Of a DNA stretch of 64,000 bases, positions 54,154-63,646 are shown piece after piece. The DNA comes from a virus (taxonomy: Duplodnaviria > Heunggongvirae > Uroviricota > Caudoviricetes). Position 1 is the stretch's first letter. Each line of letters begins with the position of its first letter. The notes beneath the pieces were generated by a model that searched no databases, was not told the origin of the DNA, and saw nothing but the letters and a program-made list of their open reading frames with translations. The DNA is taken from positions 2,480 through 66,479 of IMG/VR virus record IMGVR_UViG_3300006145_000006. One strand, 5' to 3'. The translations under genes and the position numbers were made by a program.

Positions 54154-54630
54154 TTATTCAGAATCTAATTCCGCAAGCGCTTCCTTGTATCTTTCCATCA
54201 GCGAATCAGGAAGGCTATACAAGCAACGCTCTTGCATCATATTGTGGAGCAAATCAGCTCTTTTAACGGCGGCTGCAATTTTGTTTCGCTTGACACGATC
54301 TATGTACTCCATATACGGCTCCCCATCTATCCGGGTAATGGCTTCAACCGCATCTAAAACTTCCTGCGAAAAGAACTCTGTATCCTCCAGTCCTTCCAGT
54401 GTCCAGTCCGTGTCCTCCACCACATCGTGGAGCAACGCAACCACTACCTCACTCTCGTTATGAAATTGCTCCGCCAGGTGGGCGGGATGGAAGATATAAG
54501 GGACGCCGTCCTTATCCTTTTGATCTCTGTGCGCTTCATACGCAATAATCATAGCGTGATTCACCATCGATGTGTAGACCATTTTATCACCTCTTACGTC
54601 TCGTTGTATTTCGGATCCTTCTTCAACCAC
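54154..54630 (-). CDS. HD-domain small alarmone hydrolase (SpoT/Mesh1-like (p)ppGpp/ppApp hydrolase)
   Basis: AYEAHRDQKDKDGVPYIFHPAHLA...LLHDVVEDT matches the RelA/SpoT HD hydrolase motifs. Only ~150 aa, so stand-alone. Confidence 0.7.
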   Translation of the reverse strand: MVEEGSEIQRDVRGDKMVYTSMVNHAMIIAYEAHRDQKDKDGVPYIFHPAHLAEQFHNESEVVVALLHDVVEDTDWTLEGLEDTEFFSQEVLDAVEAITRIDGEPYMEYIDRVKRNKIAAAVKRADLLHNMMQERCLYSLPDSLMERYKEALAELDSE

Positions 54631-55436
54631 CAGCCAATCCGCTCATGTTCCGGGCGGTCGCTGCGCCATCGCTCCCAGATTTCCTGAAGGTCCTCCATGT
54701 AATGGTACAGCATTTCCACCCTCGGCCTCACCAGGCGGTCATCGTGGTAGTGGGCAAAGAGCCAGACCTTCCAACTACAAGTATCCTTTACGACATCAAG
54801 CCATTTCTCCATGCTCTTGTCCACCTGCGACTGGTCAATGCCTCCAAGGAACAAATCGGTCGGCTCCCATGGCAGTGGGCAGGTGTGGGTCAGGATGAAA
54901 TCATACTCGTGGCCTTTACAGCGCTCCATGATGTTCGCCATCTCTCCCGGCGTAAGCTGTTCTTCTGGGAACCATCCAGCGTGTTTCGCTATGTAGCCGG
55001 CGTCCATGACCTCGGTGCAGTCGGCACGTGCCAGCCGATACCATTTGTCCACCGAATAGGCACCACCAATGGTCAGTACAGAGTGTCCGCCAACAATGTA
55101 TTTCTCTCCGTCTTTAAAGTAGCTGACGTTGGGGAACTCAGGTTCGCGCCAAACCTCGCCAGCGACATCAGAGTCCGACACCAGCTCCATTCCCGGAATC
55201 AGTTCCGGCCGTTGCTCGTGGTTTCCTCTCACGGCGTAGAAGTGGAAGCCTGTGTTCATCAGATTTCGCTTCTTGTTTCTATCTGTCTTGTTGAGGAAGA
55301 AATTGACCCCAAAATCTCCAAGGACAATGATTCCAGTTTCCTCCGGCGGATATTGCTTGGTATCAATGTTGTCGAACCGACTCATGTTACCGTGAGTATC
55401 CCCTGTCACAAGCCAATGTTTAATCATTTGGGCCAC
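54594..55436 (-). CDS. calcineurin-like metallophosphoesterase
   Basis: GDTHG...GDFG...RGNHE metallophosphatase motifs. Confidence 0.75.
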   Translation of the reverse strand: MAQMIKHWLVTGDTHGNMSRFDNIDTKQYPPEETGIIVLGDFGVNFFLNKTDRNKKRNLMNTGFHFYAVRGNHEQRPELIPGMELVSDSDVAGEVWREPEFPNVSYFKDGEKYIVGGHSVLTIGGAYSVDKWYRLARADCTEVMDAGYIAKHAGWFPEEQLTPGEMANIMERCKGHEYDFILTHTCPLPWEPTDLFLGGIDQSQVDKSMEKWLDVVKDTCSWKVWLFAHYHDDRLVRPRVEMLYHYMEDLQEIWERWRSDRPEHERIGWWLKKDPKYNET

Positions 55437-55483
55437 CTCCTCGCCCTATATTCTCGCACAGCATGCGTCCCATAAAGTAGACT

Positions 55484-55720
55484 TTATCCAACTCCGTCAA
55501 CTTCCTTGAGCTTGTCCATCAACTCATCAAACAGGTCCCCGGCCTCTTCTAATGTGCCAACTGCACGTTCCATATCGTCATACCGATCAGAGCTTTGCAT
55601 ATTCTCCGGCATGTTTTCCATTGCCTCTTCTTCATCATCCCTGACGGTGGAGACTTCCTCCTGCAAATCCGAAAGAGCTTCGCACACCTTTATCAAAGTC
55701 GCCCTGCGAGTCTTGTTCAT
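55484..55720 (-). CDS. small acidic protein
   Basis: 78 aa, highly acidic (anti-DNA-binding/mimic-like composition). Confidence 0.35.
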   Translation of the reverse strand: MNKTRRATLIKVCEALSDLQEEVSTVRDDEEEAMENMPENMQSSDRYDDMERAVGTLEEAGDLFDELMDKLKEVDGVG

Positions 55721-56006
55721 TTACGTTCCTCCAGTATACCTATTTTTATATCTCTCGTCAAATTAGACTTTTATGTTGATAGCTCTTCGATGATCCCTTG
55801 ATAAAAGTCTGCTATCTGACAAATCTCAAGGTCGTGGCTTCGGAGAGACTCCCGTGCCCCCATGTCTTCCACCTCATCGATATACTCCTGCAAACACTGA
55901 ATGATAAAAGCTCGTCGATCCTCTGCTCTTATTCCGTCAAGATCCCAAGACTCCACAATATCACCTCCAAAATTATATTTTTTGAAGTCACTATAAAATA
56001 CGGGTT

Positions 56007-56306
56007 TTATTGGGTCTCACACTCTAAGCCCATCTTCGCCCCGCAGTTGGGGCAGTAAGGCCACTCATGGTGAGTTCTCCATCCGCCGCTTTCATCTTTC
56101 ATGGGCGGGTACCGCTTGCACTCGCTGCAAACGAGCTTCCCCGCATACTTGATCCACCGCCCATGCCGCACCAGCTCCACGTCGGCGGCTGGTATGCTAT
56201 AGATAGAAATGTCATCTGTGCAGTAGCCGCAATTCTCACCATTCGAAATAATTTGGGCTGATTCAATCATTGTTGCAACTGCGTCACGCTCAATATACTC
56301 AGTCAT
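56007..56306 (-). CDS. zinc-ribbon protein
   Basis: CGYC...CSEC...CPNCG. Confidence 0.4.
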   Translation of the reverse strand: MTEYIERDAVATMIESAQIISNGENCGYCTDDISIYSIPAADVELVRHGRWIKYAGKLVCSECKRYPPMKDESGGWRTHHEWPYCPNCGAKMGLECETQ

Positions 56307-56544
56307 CTCTACTCACCTCATAAAAGACATGTTTTATCTGGTTTTAGCCGCCTGCACTGCGTCCATCCCATCCATTCTAGCATGACAAAACGGACACTCT
56401 TTCATAGCTATTCTTACTGTCTCTCCACATCTAGAGCAAACATAATATGCCTCCCAATGACCATGTTTCATCCGAACTTTCTCTGCTCCTTCGTTGTAGT
56501 TTTTGCATTTCATTTTATCACCACCAAACTACCATTTTATTAAG

Positions 56545-56847
56545 TTAATTCCAGTGAATCTCGTCTTTTTTCCACATGAACAGTTTCTTGCCAGAAGAAA
56601 GGCTGCGGAGAGCTGTATGAATCATCGGCCCAGATGACCAAGGCTCCACATCCACAACTTCCGCATAGGTCTTGGTGAGTGGGACTCCGCACTCTTCCCC
56701 AACATCGACCTCATAAATGTTCCCCATTACATCCTCATTCCCAATCCCTGTTGTCATCTTCCATGAGCCAATAATTTTGTTCTTGTGCTTACCCAAAAAC
56801 TCTAACGCAGACGGGCTAAGCCCAATATATTGTGTAAACCGAGCCAT
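56545..56847 (-). CDS. hypothetical protein
   Basis: 100 aa. Confidence 0.4.
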   Translation of the reverse strand: MARFTQYIGLSPSALEFLGKHKNKIIGSWKMTTGIGNEDVMGNIYEVDVGEECGVPLTKTYAEVVDVEPWSSGPMIHTALRSLSSGKKLFMWKKDEIHWN

Positions 56848-56961
56848 ATCAATTTCTCCTTTTCAACCTGATAAAATGTAGATTTGCTTTTTGAAAAATC
56901 ATATGCTATAATGTAAATATCCCCATTGCCCATATGCACAGAAAAGAAAGGAGTGTTTATA

Positions 56962-57156
56962 ATGGCAGATGACAGAGAGCGCATGGATCACATTGAGGTT
57001 TTTGGCCCAAACACCCCGTATAGCGTAATACACGACCGGCCGCACAAAGGGCTTGATCCACACGCCCATTCAATCGGAGATGATAAAGTTCACGGGGAGG
57101 GGCGTCCGTTAACACCAGATGAACAAGCGGCATATGATAGCTTCAAGAATGATTAA
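56962..57156 (+). CDS. small His/Asp-rich protein on the opposite strand (start MADDRE, SD AAAGGAGTG)
   Basis: Own SD and own terminator; unknown function. Confidence 0.45.
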   Translation: MADDRERMDHIEVFGPNTPYSVIHDRPHKGLDPHAHSIGDDKVHGEGRPLTPDEQAAYDSFKND

Positions 57157-57163
57157 CACCTTT

Positions 57164-57198
57164 GGGAGGCGCAAGCAACAGCGCCTCCCTTTTATTTT
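57164..57198 (+). terminator. rho-independent terminator (GGGAGGCGC-aagcaaca-GCGCCTCCC + TTTTATTTT)
   Basis: 9-bp GC stem plus T-run. Confidence 0.7.
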
Positions 57199-57224
57199 AA
57201 GCCAATAGAACGTGAATTCTGTAC

Positions 57225-57554
57225 TCACCTTAAAAAGTTAATGCAGTCCCGCTCGATGCCACGGCGGCACCCAGATCCAAGTTCATATGTAGACCACGGA
57301 ACCCAGGGAGAGACATATTCCTCTGTCACGTCTCCGGTGATATCATATACCCGACACCCTATCTGCGTGGCAAAGTGGTTGTTCACTGGGTCGTAAACTA
57401 TCGCTCCGCCGAATCTCAGCTCCAATACCTTCGCAAACCAGTAACAACACCCGCTCGTGAACGTCTCGGCGACCTCTTGCCGTCGTCCTCCAAGCGTGAA
57501 GCAGGAAATGAAGTCAAGGACGTCGTCACACTCCAAACGCTGCCACCTGGCCAA
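57225..57554 (-). CDS. hypothetical protein
   Basis: 109 aa. Confidence 0.4.
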   Translation of the reverse strand: MARWQRLECDDVLDFISCFTLGGRRQEVAETFTSGCCYWFAKVLELRFGGAIVYDPVNNHFATQIGCRVYDITGDVTEEYVSPWVPWSTYELGSGCRRGIERDCINFLR

Positions 57555-57688
57555 TCAAATTGCGCTCCTCAGCCAATGCCATGCTAATGCGGCTGCGGAA
57601 CTCAGGGTCATTTTCCACCTTGTCCTTATAGTACGGATTCTTGCCCGCCAGGATATTCTCAAATGCGTTGGCAATCATCCGGCATTCC

Positions 57689-58747
57689 TCAAGAGTCTTC
57701 TTTGTCATGTGTCAAGCCTTCTTTCTTTTCAAATTCCTCGATTGCCTCAATACCAAGGTTAATAAAGAGGTCGATTTGTGCGAAGGTTTCCTCCTCGCCG
57801 ATATAGCGCGCCGTAGTAGATGTACTGGAGTGATTTGCCCACCTAGATGTCACCCCAGGAGGCAGTGTCCTTCTAAACAATTCGTCCGATACGTCACGCC
57901 CCGGCAACGCACCACATCCTGCGGTAATTGCTGTTTTTCTCAGGGTATGTGCAGTGATTCGATGTCCCTCGGTATCATAAAGGCCAAGCTTTTGCGCCTT
58001 CTGTTTGATGATCTCACAGATGCTATCCGGGGACAGGCCCACCGGGATATCAGAATGACGGCGTTCCCTAATCCACAATTTCCTCTGGCGGTCATAGGGC
58101 CAGTCGATGGTGGATCCATCAGTGAAGACAACGTGGATCTGATGGCGTCTGTAGTCCTCTGCGGCCGGCTCAATGCCTCTGTTGCGGTAGGCCTGTACGC
58201 GACTAGCAATTTCAAACCTTGCACTTTCGTAATCGTCACAGCGGTCTTTTTCGTCGTGGAAATAACTTTTGCGATTTCCCCTGGGCATAAAAACATAAGA
58301 GTTAAGCTCCTTTGGGGCTCCAACCCTCTGCAAATATAGGTGGGTCATACGTATAAGTGCTTCATTGCTGGTAATTCGGATGAACTTTCCCGTCTTCTGT
58401 TCCTGAAACCACCACGATGTTTTCACCATGAAATCCTCATTGAGAATGTTTTTCCACTTCAACAGAGACAAGTCGATGGCCCGGAACTTTGTGTTTAACC
58501 CAGTCACGAAGAGGAGAGCATCCCTCCACTCGCCGCAGTTCAAGAAGTCTGTCAGCATCAGATTAACTTCTTCCACAGACCGAAAAGAGTTTGCGGCCTT
58601 CTTGCCTTCTTGCTCCTGTTGAACCGTCTCTTCGCGGTCGTCCCATTTATGGACTTTCTTATTTCTAAACCGGGGTGTGCCCATACTAGGCAACAGGATG
58701 ATGTTGTTGCGCTGTTCCAGGACCGTTGCTTGCGGCATTCTCTCCAC
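57689..58747 (-). CDS. second tyrosine recombinase (phage integrase family) inside the early region
   Basis: C-terminal HTLRKTAITAG...ANHSSTSTTARYI (HxxR...Y). Confidence 0.75.
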   Translation of the reverse strand: MERMPQATVLEQRNNIILLPSMGTPRFRNKKVHKWDDREETVQQEQEGKKAANSFRSVEEVNLMLTDFLNCGEWRDALLFVTGLNTKFRAIDLSLLKWKNILNEDFMVKTSWWFQEQKTGKFIRITSNEALIRMTHLYLQRVGAPKELNSYVFMPRGNRKSYFHDEKDRCDDYESARFEIASRVQAYRNRGIEPAAEDYRRHQIHVVFTDGSTIDWPYDRQRKLWIRERRHSDIPVGLSPDSICEIIKQKAQKLGLYDTEGHRITAHTLRKTAITAGCGALPGRDVSDELFRRTLPPGVTSRWANHSSTSTTARYIGEEETFAQIDLFINLGIEAIEEFEKKEGLTHDKEDS

Positions 58748-58751
58748 CTCC

Positions 58752-59141
58752 TTAACCTACTTTTTCCATCTCGTCTCTTTCAAATCCGGGCAACACGAGC
58801 TGCACCCCCAGGCTGATGAGCATAGCCCGCTCGGCAGCGGCCATATCCTCTTTATTCAGCCGGCCAACTCGACCCTTCAGGCGCCGCTTGTCGATTGTCC
58901 TTACCTGTTCCATTAGAACTACAGAATCACAAGGCAAATTCCCTGCGCCGGCACGCAAAAAAACATGGGTCGGCAGAGGTGCCTTATTCTGCCTGGATGT
59001 GATCGACGCCGCAATTACCGTCGGGCTGTAGCGGTTGCCCACGTTGTTCTGAATGATGAGGACGGGACGCTCCCCGCCCTGCTCACTGCCGACCGGTGCG
59101 CCCAGGTCGGCGTAATAGATCTCGCCTCTCCTAATATCCAT
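58752..59141 (-). CDS. EndoA/MazF-like endoribonuclease toxin (start MDIRRGEIYY, SD AGGAGG)
   Basis: ~60% identity over the core to B. subtilis EndoA (IRRGEIYYADLGAPVGSEQGGERPVLIIQNNVGNRYSPTVIAASITS...LPTHV). No MazE/EndoAI-like ORF in the 138-nt upstream gap. Confidence 0.85.
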   Translation of the reverse strand: MDIRRGEIYYADLGAPVGSEQGGERPVLIIQNNVGNRYSPTVIAASITSRQNKAPLPTHVFLRAGAGNLPCDSVVLMEQVRTIDKRRLKGRVGRLNKEDMAAAERAMLISLGVQLVLPGFERDEMEKVG

Positions 59142-59279
59142 TTCGTCCTCCTGGCCGCACATACCACGCGGGCTTCTATTTATATTTAGTTGGTATGTAC
59201 CCCGCCGGGGGACTCGCTTTGTGTTAATCAGAGTTGGGTGCTGTCCTCCTTTTCTTTTGATTCAATATGTATGCATTCT

Positions 59280-59549
59280 TTATTGTGGCTCTTTCATTTT
59301 TCCATGCCATACCGGAGCACAGCGCTGATGTCCGCCCCGGTTATAACATCCTGTAAAAGAGCAAAAGTTACATGTATCTATGTTCTGACCGCCGCATTGC
59401 ATGATGGTCTCCAAATCGTCCAGCATCTGCGCAATCATATCGTCCTTGCTGTCAAACTCCAGCACAACAGGGTCAGGAAAAGCTCCGCAGGTATCAGGGG
59501 CTTCATCGCAGAACCATCTCCGGTCACATTCTCCGCATCTGCCTTTCAT
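59280..59549 (-). CDS. Cys-rich (double zinc-ribbon-like) small protein upstream of the EndoA-like gene
   Basis: CGECDRRWFCDEAPDTC ... CNFCSFTGCYNRGGHQRC. Confidence 0.45.
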   Translation of the reverse strand: MKGRCGECDRRWFCDEAPDTCGAFPDPVVLEFDSKDDMIAQMLDDLETIMQCGGQNIDTCNFCSFTGCYNRGGHQRCAPVWHGKMKEPQ

Positions 59550-59575
59550 ACAGCCCTCCTTATAAAATGTGTCTT

Positions 59576-60040
59576 TTATTTGGCGTTACGGAAGTGTAAC
59601 TTTTTCGCATGTTCAAAATCCTTCATCCCAAATCCATAGCATTCATCGCATTGGACAAGGTGATCGGCCAATTCCCCCATGTCTGCCTCATCGTCGAAGA
59701 TAATATAATTATCAACTTCTGGGTGCTCATTGAGCCATGCTCGAATTTCCTCACCGCGACAGGCGTTCAATCGTGGGGTTCTACCTATAATTTGAATACC
59801 ATGTCTTAGCCCGCCGTTCATAAGACATTCTGCGTAGTTATCTCCAAATCTCCATGTGCTGGTTACCACAATGTCGTATTGAAATTTTTCACAGAATTCA
59901 GACACCCATTGAACAGCCTGAAAATTATTTACCTTATTATCCATCGGGTATCCATAGTTACACCTGGCTCCACTTTTGTCCCACATGACCGTATTGACCA
60001 CACCATCATAGTCAAGAAAGAGCACATTCACTGCGACCAC
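59576..60040 (-). CDS. HAD-superfamily phosphatase
   Basis: LFLDYDGVVN (DxDGV motif I) and IIFDDEAD (motif IV). Confidence 0.6.
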   Translation of the reverse strand: MVAVNVLFLDYDGVVNTVMWDKSGARCNYGYPMDNKVNNFQAVQWVSEFCEKFQYDIVVTSTWRFGDNYAECLMNGGLRHGIQIIGRTPRLNACRGEEIRAWLNEHPEVDNYIIFDDEADMGELADHLVQCDECYGFGMKDFEHAKKLHFRNAK

Positions 60041-60473
60041 CCTCCTCCGTGTAAAAGAATCATTTTATAGTAATTCATATCTTTTCACAAAATCTGAAAT
60101 CCCGCTCACAAAGGAATCAAGCAAGCCAGATGCCTCTTTCCCCATAGGATCGCAGTATTCAATGGCATTCTGCCTTTTTTTGATATCTTCGATAAGCCAC
60201 TCAAGTTGCCTTTTGTTCCAACTTTGAGCCGCCATTACATTTTCCTCGGGAGGCCACACTTCATCACTCATCGTCTTCGTCCTCGTCGTCTTCCGTCACG
60301 ATTTCACCGTTGTAATACCCCTCGCCAATCATCTCCAGGATGTGTTCCTGGCTGCACTCGTCAAGATCCTCCCAACGAATCTCCTCACCGTCGAGCGTCA
60401 AGTCCCACTTGACATGCCACCAACCGGTCTTTGTCATATACGGCCTCCTGATAAAAGTATTATTTTACTGGGT

Positions 60474-61121
60474 TTACCCTTCCCCAGCGTGCTCACCATA
60501 TATTTGCTTCCGAACTTCTTCTGCTCTACGCCCAGCTTCATGCACATCATCGTACTTGCCAAAACAAGTATTTTTCCCATCAACCTGTAACTGAACACAC
60601 CACTTACCATCTATCCATGACACGTTCCGGTAGCCCGACTTACCGTTCCGGTTAGGCCCTTTCCTGTTGCGGCTGTTTTCGCTCACGGAGGCGAGCCTCA
60701 GATTACATTTTCTGTTGTCAAGCTGGTTGTGATTGATGTGATCCACATGAATACTTCTATCACCATCAACATTCATAATGACTCGTTGTAGAGTTAGTTT
60801 CTTCATTTTTCGATGTCCCGAAGGCCCATACCAATAGCAGGACATTACATAGTAGTTTTGCAAGTAATCAATCCACTGCACACACCAACGGGCATTCAGT
60901 TTTTTCAACCGGGGGATATCCTCGGCATCAACTATCGTCTCTACAGTAGTGCCATCCCTACGGCAGATGTAAATTGTCGCTATGTCACCATCAATACGAA
61001 ACTCATTAAACCCCTTCATCTTGCCCAATAGCATATTCCTTTCCGCAACCAGGACAGTAATACGGATAGTCTGCCTTATCGCACTCCTCATACCATTCCC
61101 ATCCGCACAATCGACAAGCAT
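60474..61121 (-). CDS. HNH homing endonuclease with AP2 domain (true start probably internal, MLLGKMKG)
   Basis: HVDHINHNQLDNRKCNLR (HNH_3) plus SGYRNVSWIDGKWCVQLQVDGKNTCFGKYDDVHEAGRRAEE (AP2). Confidence 0.7.
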   Translation of the reverse strand: MLVDCADGNGMRSAIRQTIRITVLVAERNMLLGKMKGFNEFRIDGDIATIYICRRDGTTVETIVDAEDIPRLKKLNARWCVQWIDYLQNYYVMSCYWYGPSGHRKMKKLTLQRVIMNVDGDRSIHVDHINHNQLDNRKCNLRLASVSENSRNRKGPNRNGKSGYRNVSWIDGKWCVQLQVDGKNTCFGKYDDVHEAGRRAEEVRKQIYGEHAGEG

Positions 61122-61197
61122 GTCTACGCAATTCTACCGGGTTATCTCCAACCGTTACCGCATCTGCCCACGGGAAATTCGTTTTGCGTTCCATCAA
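61006..61197 (-). CDS. small zinc-ribbon protein
   Basis: CRLCG...CPGCG. Confidence 0.35.
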   Translation of the reverse strand: MMERKTNFPWADAVTVGDNPVELRRHACRLCGWEWYEECDKADYPYYCPGCGKEYAIGQDEGV

Positions 61198-61442
61198 ATC
61201 TCACCTCGGTAAACCGTGAAGTCGTAGCTATCATCAGTCACCTCTTCAACCATAAGTTGATAGGTGGAGTCATTGCCATATTTGTCCCAAGCAATTCTCT
61301 CTGCTTCCTCCTTGCTATCAGCCAGTACTACGCCGCAGCGTTTCCCAATGTGCTCCCCCGTCCTGTGGTGGCACACAGTCATGCAAAAGAAAAATACCTT
61401 CTTGTCCACGATAAAGCCTCCGTCTATGTTTAATCCTTGCAC
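61194..61442 (-). CDS. hypothetical small protein
   Basis: 82 aa. Confidence 0.4.
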   Translation of the reverse strand: MQGLNIDGGFIVDKKVFFFCMTVCHHRTGEHIGKRCGVVLADSKEEAERIAWDKYGNDSTYQLMVEEVTDDSYDFTVYRGEI

Positions 61443-61639
61443 AACGCCAGGAAGTCATCCTTCACTTTTGCTTTAATCTCCTCTACCACATCATGATCCG
61501 CAAGCTCATGCGTCCACACGGGCCGTCCAAGCACGCCTTCAATATAATTCTGGAGATCTCCCATATCGCACATCAGCACGCCAGTATAAGCAGACACAAT
61601 CAGCTTCTCATCTTTTGTCACCGTAAAGCCTCCATCCGT

Positions 61640-62002
61640 TCAATCGGCATCGTCTATGTCCTCATCTGGATCTCGATAATCAAACATATCCTCCGCATTT
61701 TTGGTAGTTTTCAGCTCCGGGTTCAGCTCGATGTATTCAAGCACAGCCTCCTGCACCCGCTCCAATAGCGTGTCGCTGACGGCCTGTGCCACATCAGCCC
61801 CTGCTTTCCTCATCAGATAGCGGGCTGCCGGGTTGCAGGTTTCCTTTCCGTATCCCACACCGACATGATCACCGTCGTTCCAGTTTCGATAGGCAATCCG
61901 GCTGACGGCCCGTATAATCTCTCCTGCCACGGTGTCCGCATTGCCTCTAGTAGGTACAAGCTCCGCAAAAAGAATATCAATTTTCTGTTCCGTTGTGTTC
62001 AC
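61640..62002 (-). CDS. hypothetical protein
   Basis: 120 aa. Confidence 0.4.
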   Translation of the reverse strand: MNTTEQKIDILFAELVPTRGNADTVAGEIIRAVSRIAYRNWNDGDHVGVGYGKETCNPAARYLMRKAGADVAQAVSDTLLERVQEAVLEYIELNPELKTTKNAEDMFDYRDPDEDIDDAD

Positions 62003-62017
62003 CGTAAAACCTCCATT

Positions 62018-62506
62018 TTATTGTGCTCGACGATTCCACATTTCCTGTACAGTGGATTTCTGCTGAGCCCAGCCAGGATCAATGCTTGCCATACAATCAC
62101 AGCAAAGAACGCCGTACCTATCCCCAGCAAGATGTTCATATCGGAAGTACACAACCTCTGTTCCACCGCAAAATGGGCAAGGCTTTAACTCAAGGTCACT
62201 TCCAGTCTGTGGCTTATACAAATCTCTTGTATCCATCGTACTATGTGGAACATAAAGGTCATCTTCCAGCTTGGCCGGCTCTAGGTAATCTGGATGCTTA
62301 CACTCACACTTTGCGTGCCGCTCGACTTGATCAAACATACAGACACTAATGAGTGAACCATCGTCGTTATACCATTGGTGACAATCGCCGCATTTCATGT
62401 TATCACCTACCCTATAAAATCTCACTTTTATCTGGTTATGCGGGTGTGGATTTGCACCACACATGGTTGCCATCAGCATGGGCGGCAGCAACCGCTTTTT
62501 GCTCAT
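62018..62506 (-). CDS. zinc-finger protein
   Basis: Multiple CxxC pairs (CGDCHQW...CPFCGG...CCDC). Confidence 0.4.
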   Translation of the reverse strand: MSKKRLLPPMLMATMCGANPHPHNQIKVRFYRVGDNMKCGDCHQWYNDDGSLISVCMFDQVERHAKCECKHPDYLEPAKLEDDLYVPHSTMDTRDLYKPQTGSDLELKPCPFCGGTEVVYFRYEHLAGDRYGVLCCDCMASIDPGWAQQKSTVQEMWNRRAQ

Positions 62507-62573
62507 AACGAGGTCTCCAGCCCCGGCCCATTTAACACGTCTACCTATTCCGTCACCGCATATCTCTCTTCGA

Positions 62574-62906
62574 TCAGTCCCAAAAGCCGGGGCACCGTTT
62601 CGCTCCGGGCGGGACAGTTTTCAGCACAGCGTTCTGCCCGCGTGAGTTCAGATAGTACATCCCCTTGGGATAGTACTCCTTCGTCCACCCATCGATCTTG
62701 ATGGAGCCGTCACTCCAATAGCTATAGTGCGGAGCGACCATATCGCTGCCGGTGTACCAACAATCCATCTCCCGAGCTTCCTTCGTCCACTGGGCGACCT
62801 GGCTCCTCGTCATTTCTTGCCACATCTCATGGGCACGCTGATTGTCCGCCCTGACGGCAGGGGCATATAGAATGTCGCAAATTGCATTGAGCAAAAATCC
62901 CATCAA
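62574..62906 (-). CDS. hypothetical protein
   Basis: 110 aa. Confidence 0.35.
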   Translation of the reverse strand: MMGFLLNAICDILYAPAVRADNQRAHEMWQEMTRSQVAQWTKEAREMDCWYTGSDMVAPHYSYWSDGSIKIDGWTKEYYPKGMYYLNSRGQNAVLKTVPPGAKRCPGFWD

Positions 62907-63238
62907 ATGTCCTCCAGCACTTTCATCATTTTTTCAGGCAAATCCACTTCGGCAACCAAAACACCATGCGCTGCTACATACACATTCATAACCGGCTGAG
63001 CCATGATCCCCTCATAGCTCTTCAGAAAGTTTGTCAACAGATAACACTTTCCATCATCATCTTCATTGTACGCCTGAATATGTATTACATCATTTTGTGT
63101 CGCCTGACTAAGCTGCCCGAGGGTCATTCTGCTATTCATCACTGTACCTCCATTGTCTCGATTTCCCAACTCCATGACCAATCCGGCGCACACCGCTCTC
63201 CATACCAACCAAGATAGACGGAATTGTCCGCCTCCCAT
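62903..63238 (-). CDS. hypothetical protein
   Basis: 111 aa. Confidence 0.35.
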   Translation of the reverse strand: MGGGQFRLSWLVWRAVCAGLVMELGNRDNGGTVMNSRMTLGQLSQATQNDVIHIQAYNEDDDGKCYLLTNFLKSYEGIMAQPVMNVYVAAHGVLVAEVDLPEKMMKVLEDI

Positions 63239-63432
63239 GTCAGATCGTCATCCCACGGGCAGCCGCCCCATTCCTTATCGAGCCGCTCCTTAGTGTCGCT
63301 GGCCAACTCTCTCATTTCGTTTCTGGCTACCTCAATATCGCTGTGAACGCTCAGGACTTCGTAGCCCTCATCATTCTGCGTGCTCCAACGATGAGTCAAG
63401 ATATGTACTGTCATACCAATTCCCTTCCGCAC
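63139..63432 (-). CDS. hypothetical protein
   Basis: 97 aa, Trp-rich. Confidence 0.35.
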   Translation of the reverse strand: MRKGIGMTVHILTHRWSTQNDEGYEVLSVHSDIEVARNEMRELASDTKERLDKEWGGCPWDDDLTWEADNSVYLGWYGERCAPDWSWSWEIETMEVQ

Positions 63433-63614
63433 ATCGGGCAGTATTTAATGTTTACGATGTCTTGTGTGACCATTTCTCCACTACCAAGATGAAAGCATCT
63501 TGCTCGAAGTATTTCTTTATACAACGCCAATTCCAATCCAGAATAGTCTGCCGTGTCATTTAGACTCACAAACCCTCCGCTTGAATCTTCCCTGCAATAT
63601 TTGCACTCTTTCAC
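63411..63614 (-). CDS. small zinc-ribbon protein
   Basis: CKYC...CPMCG. Confidence 0.35.
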   Translation of the reverse strand: MKECKYCREDSSGGFVSLNDTADYSGLELALYKEILRARCFHLGSGEMVTQDIVNIKYCPMCGRELV

Positions 63615-63646
63615 ATTGTCCTCCTCAACCTGATAAAACAGGACTT

